Source of the DNA: Aciduliprofundum boonei T469
GTDB taxonomy: Archaea; Thermoplasmatota; Thermoplasmata; Thermoplasmatales; Aciduliprofundaceae
NCBI RefSeq assembly: GCF_000025665.1
Contig: NC_013926.1
Location: 30,001-62,000, forward strand
Length of the DNA stretch: 32,000 bases
Direction of reading: 5' to 3'
The stretch's first letter is position 1, and each line of letters begins with the position of its first letter. Position numbers and translations under genes: made by a program. Positions 16,176-22,376 of the stretch are shown in pieces. The notes under the pieces were generated by a model that ran no database searches, was not told the DNA's origin, and saw only the letters and a list, made by a program, of their open reading frames with translations.

Positions 16176-17321
16176 ATGACAAAAAATGAAGTGTTTGAGT
16201 ATGGAGAGCGTATTGCTAGAAATGTAACAACAATAACTTTAATACTGGCCATATTAAAATTCATAGTTGCATATTACACTCACTCGGTATCCATACTCGC
16301 AGATTCTTACCACAGCTTCGCAGATTTAATCCCAATCTCCGCCGCATGGATAGGTTTAAGAATAGCCCAGAGACCGAGAAGCGAGAAATTTCCATACGGG
16401 TACTATAAAGCCGAAAACCTGGCTGCGTTTATCGCCAGCATTTTCATTTTCTTACTCGCTTATGAGATAATCACAAAAAGTATATCTACCTTCTCAAGTA
16501 AAAACACAGTAGAGCATTCAATTGCGGGTTTAATCCTAACAGCAATTTTTGTTCTCATTTCATATATCTTATACATATACCAACTAAAAGCTGCAAAGAT
16601 TTCCAACTCTCAAGCCCTTATGGCAAACGCAAGAGAGACAAAAATGGATATATTTTCATCTATCGCCGTATTCATAGGATTTTTCGGCTCCAGTATGGGT
16701 TATCCTTGGATTGGTGGCATTGTGGGATTTCTAATAGCAATTCTGGTTATCCATGCAGGGTATCAGAGTATCCGTGATTCTGTACTATCACTCATGGATG
16801 CGGGATTACCTAAAGAAGATATAGAAAAAATAAGAAAAATTATTCTCTCAACGCCAAGGGTCAGGGAGGTAAAGAAAATTTACACAAGACGCTCTGGACC
16901 ATTCATCATGGTAGAAGTTGAAATTTCTGTACCTGAAAAGCTAAATGTTAAACAGGCGCATGAGATTGCTTCTGAAGTTGAAAAGAGAATAATGCAGATA
17001 AAGCAGGTTGACCATGCATTTGTTCATGTTGAGCCGCCCACGAAGAGTAGAAAGATTATAGCAATACCAGTAAATAAAGACCATTCCCCCAGCCCCACCT
17101 TCGGCTCTGCTCCTTATTTTGAGATATACCAAGTGGAAAAAGATGAGAAAAAATTGATAAAAACAGTAAAAAATCCAGGTGCAAATCTGGAAAAGAAGAG
17201 AGGAGTTAAGGCCGCACTTTTCTTAATAGAGCAAGGTGTGGATGAGGTCCATACAAAAAATATTGGAGAAGATAGCAAAAAGATACTGGAAGATGCCGGG
17301 ATAAAGATAAAATTTAAATAA
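16176..17321 (+). CDS. Cation diffusion facilitator (CDF) metal transporter with an additional C-terminal NifX/NifB-type (dinitrogenase FeMo-cofactor-binding family) domain
   Basis: 381 aa. CDF motifs are SILADSYHSFADL, FPYGYYKAENL and a cytoplasmic ZT-dimer-like VREVKKIYTRRSGPFIMVEVEI...HAFVHVEP. Then residues ~292-381 (nt ~17049-17318), KIIAIPVNKD..SPTFGSAPYFEIYQV....LIKTVKNPG.....GVKAALFLIEQGVDEVHTKNIGEDSKKILEDAGIKI, match the NifX-like fold pattern. Confidence 0.8.
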   Translation: MTKNEVFEYGERIARNVTTITLILAILKFIVAYYTHSVSILADSYHSFADLIPISAAWIGLRIAQRPRSEKFPYGYYKAENLAAFIASIFIFLLAYEIITKSISTFSSKNTVEHSIAGLILTAIFVLISYILYIYQLKAAKISNSQALMANARETKMDIFSSIAVFIGFFGSSMGYPWIGGIVGFLIAILVIHAGYQSIRDSVLSLMDAGLPKEDIEKIRKIILSTPRVREVKKIYTRRSGPFIMVEVEISVPEKLNVKQAHEIASEVEKRIMQIKQVDHAFVHVEPPTKSRKIIAIPVNKDHSPSPTFGSAPYFEIYQVEKDEKKLIKTVKNPGANLEKKRGVKAALFLIEQGVDEVHTKNIGEDSKKILEDAGIKIKFK

Positions 17322-17335
17322 TCGCTTTTGTGCAA
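17320..17335 (+). promoter_or_regulatory. Degenerate extra copy of the downstream box (AATCGCTTTTGTGCAA)
   Basis: It resembles AATTCGCATTTGTGTAA and lies 30 nt upstream of that box in the second promoter, overlapping the CDF stop codon. Confidence 0.3.
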
Positions 17336-17342
17336 AATCTTT

Positions 17343-17366
17343 AAATATTAATTCGCATTTGTGTAA
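17343..17366 (+). promoter_or_regulatory. Promoter/operator copy 2: AAATATTAATTCGCATTTGTGTAA
   Basis: This is an exact 24/24 repeat of 16149-16172. It is followed by GGTGA (17371-17375) and ATG 17381. Confidence 0.6.
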
Positions 17367-17380
17367 TATAGGTGATTGGA

Positions 17381-17605
17381 ATGCCTTATGGAGATTGCAC
17401 AGGACCGGATGGTAGAGGACCGAGAAGGAGAAGATTCGCAATTTACCAGAACTATCCACAGGACTACTATCCTCGGAGAGGTACATTTACAGGGTTCTTC
17501 CGAAGGCTATTTAGTCCCATGAATTATGGGCAGAGAGGATACGGCCAAGGAATGGGCTATGGAAGAGGCAGAGGGGGTAAAAGAGGACGCAGAGGTGGAT
17601 GGTAA
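17381..17605 (+). CDS. Small Arg/Gly-rich protein with a DUF5320-like N-terminal motif (74 aa)
   Basis: MPYGDCTGPDGRGPRRRR...GYGQGMGYGRGRGGKRGRRGGW has 15 R and 18 G of 74 residues by my count. The N-terminus resembles my recollection of the DUF5320 start (MPxGDxTGPxGxGP). ATG 17381 is preferred over GTG 17372. Confidence 0.6.
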   Translation: MPYGDCTGPDGRGPRRRRFAIYQNYPQDYYPRRGTFTGFFRRLFSPMNYGQRGYGQGMGYGRGRGGKRGRRGGW

Positions 17606-17818
17606 ATGCCTCGCTACGGATATGGTAGAGGTTACAGGGGCTCAGCGTTGAGCTTATACAGCCTGGTAGATATAGCAATAATTGCAGGGATCATATACCT
17701 GCTCATCTCTCTGTTTATGGTAGCAGCAGGATATGTAATAGCATTGATTGTGCTAATCTTGCTTAGGGAATTCCTAAGGGGAAGGTTTAATTGGAGAAGA
17801 ATGTATGTATGGAGGTGA
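17606..17818 (+). CDS. Small membrane protein with an R/G/Y-rich N-terminus (70 aa)
   Basis: MPRYGYGRGYRG is followed by about 40 hydrophobic residues (LYSLVDIAIIAGIIYLLISLFMVAAGYVIALIVLILL) and a basic tail. The ATG directly abuts the upstream TAA (17603-17605), and AGAGGTGG lies upstream. Confidence 0.55.
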   Translation: MPRYGYGRGYRGSALSLYSLVDIAIIAGIIYLLISLFMVAAGYVIALIVLILLREFLRGRFNWRRMYVWR

Positions 17819-17824
17819 TGAGAA

Positions 17825-18196
17825 ATGTATAGATATTACGGATATGGATACTATGGCCCTGGCTTTGGCTGGGGTCGTGGAAGAGGAAGAGGCTGGGGAA
17901 GAGGATTTGGCCGTGGGTTTGGAATGGGTAGAGGATACGGTGCCACACTCGGTTATTGTCCTTGGACCGGGTTACCCAGGGGATGGAGATGGAACTATCC
18001 CTATGGATATGGTACAAGCGTATCCCCATATTATCCAAGATACTACCCACAATACTATGGGTTAAATCCCTATGCCCAATATTACCAGCCATATCCCCAA
18101 GCTAATGAGAGAGAGTTATTAGAAAATGAAGCCAGGAATTTGGAAGAGAGATTAAGGGACATAGAAAGAAGAATAAGGGAGATAAAGGGTGAATAA
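17825..18196 (+). CDS. Gly/Tyr/Arg/Pro/Trp low-complexity protein with a C-terminal coiled coil (DUF5320-like, 123 aa)
   Basis: MYRYYGYGYYGPGFGWGRGRGRGWGRGFGRGFGMGRGYG...PYYPRYYPQYYGLNPYAQYYQPYPQ is followed by ERELLENEARNLEERLRDIERRIREIKGE. GGAGGTGA (17811-17818) lies 6 nt upstream of the ATG. Confidence 0.65.
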   Translation: MYRYYGYGYYGPGFGWGRGRGRGWGRGFGRGFGMGRGYGATLGYCPWTGLPRGWRWNYPYGYGTSVSPYYPRYYPQYYGLNPYAQYYQPYPQANERELLENEARNLEERLRDIERRIREIKGE

Positions 18197-18197
18197 A

Positions 18198-18671
18198 ATG
18201 CGTGTAGCCATAACTGCCGATGCACCAGATGAAAACTCTCCCATCTCCCCGATTTTTGGAAGATGCGCATACTATGCAATATACGACACTGCCACCGATA
18301 AACTAGAGTTCGTGCCCAATGCCTCTGCAATGTACGCAAGGGGGGCTGGAGTGCAAGCAGCACAGCAAATTGCAAATTTAGGAGTTCAAACAGTGATAAC
18401 TTCTGGAATCGCTGGACCAAACGCATCAATGGTCCTCGCACAGGCGGGTATCCAGGTAATCAACTCATTTCAAGGAACAATTAGAGATGCAATTGAGGCC
18501 GTTAAATCGGGAAGAATTTATTCAGAGCCACCGAGGGCTTTTCCACCACCACAGCCGCCATATCCGCCAATAAGCAAGGAGGAAGAACTCAGGATGCTTG
18601 AGGAAGAAAAAGAATACATTGAAAAGAGATTAGAAGAGATAAAAAAGAAACTTGAAGAGCTAAAAGAGTGA
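18198..18671 (+). CDS. NifX/NifB-type (dinitrogenase FeMo-cofactor family) domain protein with a Pro-rich linker and C-terminal coiled coil
   Basis: MRVAITAD....ISPIFGRCAYYAIYD......FVPN.......GAGVQAAQQIANLGVQTVITSGIAGPNASMVLAQAGIQV is the NifX-like pattern. It is followed by PPRAFPPPQPPYPP and EEELRMLEEEKEYIEKRLEEIKKKLEELKE. ATG 18198 lies 1 nt after the upstream stop; the track's GTG 18189 is an alternative start. Confidence 0.75.
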   Translation: MRVAITADAPDENSPISPIFGRCAYYAIYDTATDKLEFVPNASAMYARGAGVQAAQQIANLGVQTVITSGIAGPNASMVLAQAGIQVINSFQGTIRDAIEAVKSGRIYSEPPRAFPPPQPPYPPISKEEELRMLEEEKEYIEKRLEEIKKKLEELKE

Positions 18672-18692
18672 TTTTTCCTTATTTTCTTTTTT
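18672..18692 (+). terminator. Oligo-T tract (TTTTTCCTTATTTTCTTTTTT) after the operon
   Basis: T-rich run immediately after stop 18669-18671, of the archaeal oligo-T terminator type. Confidence 0.45.
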
Positions 18693-18711
18693 AATAATCA
18701 CTGCACAAAAC

Positions 18712-18718
18712 TTATATA
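18712..18718 (+). promoter_or_regulatory. TATA box (TTATATA) for the KaiC-like gene
   Basis: Centred about 25 nt upstream of ATG 18740, which would make the mRNA leaderless. Confidence 0.45.
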
Positions 18719-18739
18719 GGCAAGAAAGATGATTTTACG

Positions 18740-19447
18740 ATGCGAATTAGAACTGGCATACCTGGATTTGATGAGTTAGTTCAAGGTGGTTTAGTTGCCC
18801 AGAGGGTTTATATTATAGCGGGTCCTCCAGGCTCTGGAAAAACCACATTTGGCATACAATTTCTTCTTCAGGGTGCGAAGGAGGGGGAGCGTGGACTCTT
18901 TGTATCTCTAACTGAGGACCCAAAAACGATAATTGAGGATATATCCACATTCAATCTGAGCTTGAAGAGATATGCGTTATCGGGCCACATACTATTTGTG
19001 GATATGGGACCATTGAGCATTCAAAATTTGAATGGTGTAAAATCTCCCGAGAGTATTAAGAGTGCATATGCTCAAGAGGTCTTTAGAAGAATATACGCTA
19101 TTGTGAAAGCAAAGGGCATAAAGAGATTGGTTATTGATTCTGTTCTAACCCTAAAATATGGAGAGAAAAGCTTAGAGGATGAAAGCAAAGAGATCGCAAG
19201 ATTCTTCAGAAGCTTGAAAGATTTGAAAATCACAGTACTAATTCTTTCAGAAATGACTGATTTATCAAACTACACTCCCGAGCATTATATGGCCCATGGC
19301 CTTATCTTTCTCCATAATTTTCTAAACGGGCACACTATGACAAGGGCAATACAAATAATAAAGATGAGAGGCACAGCTCACGACTGCGATATGCACAAGA
19401 TGGAGATAACCCAAAATGGAATTAGGGTTTATTCCACGAAGGTGTGA
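18740..19447 (+). CDS. Single-domain KaiC-like (RecA-superfamily) ATPase
   Basis: 235 aa. It has TGIPGFDELVQGGLVAQRVYIIAGPPGSGKTTFGIQFL (Walker A), RLVIDSVL (Walker B), and the IIKMRGTAHD tail typical of KaiC/RadA-like proteins. Confidence 0.82.
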   Translation: MRIRTGIPGFDELVQGGLVAQRVYIIAGPPGSGKTTFGIQFLLQGAKEGERGLFVSLTEDPKTIIEDISTFNLSLKRYALSGHILFVDMGPLSIQNLNGVKSPESIKSAYAQEVFRRIYAIVKAKGIKRLVIDSVLTLKYGEKSLEDESKEIARFFRSLKDLKITVLILSEMTDLSNYTPEHYMAHGLIFLHNFLNGHTMTRAIQIIKMRGTAHDCDMHKMEITQNGIRVYSTKV

Positions 19448-19450
19448 GCT

Positions 19451-20113
19451 ATGAAATGCCCAATTTGTGGCTCAACAAATGTTACGAAACTTAAAACTGG
19501 AAGCTATAGATGCAATGATTGCGGTTTTGTGTTTTACCCTACTCGAGAGGTAATAATAGATATGCGAGACCTTCTAACTGGAGATGAATTAACAGAGGAG
19601 GAGATAAATGAATTAGGAGAAAAGATAAAGGAGCAAACTGAGAATGTGAGTGAGAAAATTTTTGGAAAGAGTGCCAAGAATGTTTTCAGAGCATTAAGCT
19701 CTCTGGATGAGATTTTAGCTCAATATAATGAAGATGATAGGGTGTTTGGCATATTTGCCGATTTTTCAGGAAGTGTTAAAGGCACTGTTATGATAATGGT
19801 TCAAGAGAACGAAATTGACATAATAAAGAAAATTTACAGAAAAAAAGAGGTTATAGAAGCACTAAAACAACTGGGAAAAGAAACGGCAGAAGGATTTAAA
19901 GAGATATTTCAAGATGATCTATTTCTTGAGGGAGTGGATATTGCCTACGATACCATACCCTCCATTATAAATTATCTAATTTCAGAGATCGCTGGGGAAA
20001 GAAATATGATTTTAAATGTAAAAATGATCGTGGATAAAGCACCAAAGGGAGAAATAATATTTGTTCCTCAAAAAGATAGCATAAAATATTTAAAGAGTGT
20101 GCTTGGGAACTGA
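19451..20113 (+). CDS. Zinc-ribbon protein with an uncharacterised C-terminal alpha/beta domain (partner of the KaiC-like ATPase)
   Basis: 220 aa. The N-terminus is MKCPICGSTNV...YRCNDCGFVF (CxxC...CxxC). The rest matches no family I can name with confidence; a weak CheC/CheX-like impression is unverified. The start is 3 nt after the KaiC-like stop. Confidence 0.55.
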   Translation: MKCPICGSTNVTKLKTGSYRCNDCGFVFYPTREVIIDMRDLLTGDELTEEEINELGEKIKEQTENVSEKIFGKSAKNVFRALSSLDEILAQYNEDDRVFGIFADFSGSVKGTVMIMVQENEIDIIKKIYRKKEVIEALKQLGKETAEGFKEIFQDDLFLEGVDIAYDTIPSIINYLISEIAGERNMILNVKMIVDKAPKGEIIFVPQKDSIKYLKSVLGN

Positions 20114-20271
20114 TTTATGTACATTATTGTAATAGTCCCCGAGCATCCTTGTTGATTCTCTTTCCATCTTTTCATCGTATATCTTTATCCAGGTAACTTT
20201 ATCATCCTTCATAGTTAAAGATGAGAGAAAAGAGAATTTAAATAAACCGCTGTGAAAATCTAAGGTTGTAA

Positions 20272-20625
20272 TCAAAAATGATATCGTCTCTTTAAAAATC
20301 TTGGAAGAGAAAGGGTCTTTATTCTCCTATCCTGTCTTCTTATTGCTCTGATCATTGTTCTCTCAGCCCTGATATTCACACTTATATCTTCCACAGGGAT
20401 CTCCTTGCCTTCCGTTATTTCATAGCTTCTAGCTTTCCTGCTATCCTCTTTTCCTCTTCTGTAAACTTCCCATAACTCGTACTCTATTCCCTCTTCCTTA
20501 GCAAGAGATTCCAATTTTCTAAGTTCTCTTCTAACCCATCCAATTGATTCATAGTGTCCATAGTAGCCAACTTCATACCCCAAGAGGTACGCCCTTTTTA
20601 GGATATCTTCCTTTTTCTCACTCAT
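20272..20625 (-). CDS. Hypothetical protein (117 aa, basic C-terminus), translationally coupled to the archaellin-like gene
   Basis: GGAG follows immediately after the upstream stop and lies 5 nt before ATG 20625. I recognise no family. Confidence 0.5.
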   Translation of the reverse strand: MSEKKEDILKRAYLLGYEVGYYGHYESIGWVRRELRKLESLAKEEGIEYELWEVYRRGKEDSRKARSYEITEGKEIPVEDISVNIRAERTMIRAIRRQDRRIKTLSLPRFLKRRYHF

Positions 20626-20634
20626 TTTTACTCC

Positions 20635-22287
20635 TCAGTATATTTGCACATATCTATTTAACATTACTGGCGGAATGCTTATCACCTTGTAGATGGGGAT
20701 TCCAAGCCCCGGTATTATCTTCATTGTTAACTTTGTTTGAGGTGTCAGTGTTAATCCCACATCCCTGGCATTTATGTACATGACAATAATCGCACCTTCT
20801 TCAAGTATATAACTCTGCGTGAACTCTCCGGATGGGTCATTTATCACACTTACACCATAATGGGTAGCATCTGCTGCTTCCACCCCAAAACCACTGGAAT
20901 TGAGTTTTAAAGATGCTTCAACTTTGCCATCCGTAAGCTCTACAATCACAGTATTGAAATCAACGGGTTTAGAACCTGGACCTAAAGAAAGTTTTATTTG
21001 CAACACCTGAATTGAATTTTGGGGTACTATAATCTGACCATAATGGGACGCATTATCCACTGGAACCACAAGATAATAATATGTCTGGTAGGGCATATAT
21101 CTATAATCATTGAAACTCGTGGTATTGACTATGGCATAGGGCTTAGTGTTGAAAACTTCTGTAGTGGAAACATCAAGATAATTTGTAGAGCGATAAATGT
21201 AATATGCTTTAATCCCGCTCTGGTTATCCTTAGCCGCACTCCATTCAAGATGTATATAATATTGCGAGGTTTCGGCCCTTAAACCGCTTATGGAAGATGG
21301 CTTTGTGGTATCCACACGGGTAACATTCACACCTGATGTTTTTGTTATAAATCCTACATTTCCTGCCTTATCAACTACGAGTATAGCATAGTACCAAGTG
21401 CCCTTTGCAGGTGGATAATCCATATAAGCTGTAACATTAGGGCCTACAGTAGCAACTAAAGTTGCGTTATTGATAATTTTCTTGGTATAATTTACATCAG
21501 ATTGGGTTATCTCATTATTTGATCTATATATCTTCTGGTATGCAATTCCACTTCCACCAGTATCACTGGCAGTCCAAGAGAGCATAACACCATATCCTGC
21601 AGGGGTTATGGAATTAATACTCCCTGTTGGAGCAGATGTATCTGGCGTACCTGTACCTGTATAAACAGTTTGATTCACAGCAGAATAGAGGACATAATTC
21701 CCGACTCTATCGTAGCCGATTATTGCATATCCATAATACTTGCTAGCATTCACACCGTAATCCACATATACCCTATCATTTCCAAATCCAGAGGTGAAAG
21801 TGGCAACCAAATTTCCTACAGCTTTTATGTAATTCACATCCTTAACTATATACTTTACAGCGGTAAAACTATCACCGCTAACTCTATAAAGCTCCTCTTT
21901 CCACATGCCGCTTTCCCAATCTACAGCTGAGTTCCAAACTATTTTTACAGATAGAGGATTTGTGCTATTTACACTCACATTTAATATAACTCCTCCCCTA
22001 GGAGGCTGAGTGTCACTATGAATGGGCGCCTTAACACTCACAACGGAGGGGTCTTTTCCATCTATATCCCTATCCCCAAGGATATTTAGAATCCGCAGTG
22101 AGCTTGTAATCTGCGAGGTCACATCTGATGCCACCTTTTCTCCTTGCTCTCGCAAAGTCACACCCACATATATGATTAGGGAGGATGCAATAGCGGCCAC
22201 TATGATTATCGCTATGAAAAGTATCAAGGTTGCAATGCCTATATCACCCTCTTCTTTTCTGTATATCTTTTTCATATTTTCAACCAC
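20635..22287 (-). CDS. Archaellin (FlaB/ArlB)-family protein with three FN3-like domains inserted
   Basis: 550 aa. A class III signal-peptide-like N-terminus (KEEG-DIGIATLILFIAIIIVAAIASSLII) is followed by LREQGEKVASDVTSQITSSLRILNILG. The archaellin-type C-terminus is LSLGPGSKPVDFNTVIVELTDG...MKIIPGLGIPIYKVISIP. Three repeats of about 100 aa lie between them. An alternative start is ATG 22275 (MKKIYRK...). Confidence 0.7.
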   Translation of the reverse strand: MVENMKKIYRKEEGDIGIATLILFIAIIIVAAIASSLIIYVGVTLREQGEKVASDVTSQITSSLRILNILGDRDIDGKDPSVVSVKAPIHSDTQPPRGGVILNVSVNSTNPLSVKIVWNSAVDWESGMWKEELYRVSGDSFTAVKYIVKDVNYIKAVGNLVATFTSGFGNDRVYVDYGVNASKYYGYAIIGYDRVGNYVLYSAVNQTVYTGTGTPDTSAPTGSINSITPAGYGVMLSWTASDTGGSGIAYQKIYRSNNEITQSDVNYTKKIINNATLVATVGPNVTAYMDYPPAKGTWYYAILVVDKAGNVGFITKTSGVNVTRVDTTKPSSISGLRAETSQYYIHLEWSAAKDNQSGIKAYYIYRSTNYLDVSTTEVFNTKPYAIVNTTSFNDYRYMPYQTYYYLVVPVDNASHYGQIIVPQNSIQVLQIKLSLGPGSKPVDFNTVIVELTDGKVEASLKLNSSGFGVEAADATHYGVSVINDPSGEFTQSYILEEGAIIVMYINARDVGLTLTPQTKLTMKIIPGLGIPIYKVISIPPVMLNRYVQIY

Positions 22288-22376
22288 CCAAGTTTCTTAT
22301 TTAAATAATTATATGTGATTATCAAACGATAAAATCACTTGAGAAATAAATTTAATATTGGCACCCATGTCCATCT

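Noticed and set aside
17787-18092. Long ORFs on the minus strand (17787..18092) and in a second plus frame (17805..18065, acidic MYGGDEKCIDITDMD...) overlapping the G/Y/R-rich gene
   Set aside because: They are by-products of the GGN/CGN/TAY-biased low-complexity coding sequence and have no ribosome-binding site. The 17825 frame has GGAGGTGA upstream and ends in a well-formed coiled coil. Only comparative data can fully exclude them.
20090-20275. 61-aa minus-strand ORF downstream of the 117-aa gene
   Set aside because: It has a TTG start with no ribosome-binding site, overlaps the 3' end of the convergent zinc-ribbon gene, and has unremarkable composition. It is more likely 3' UTR.
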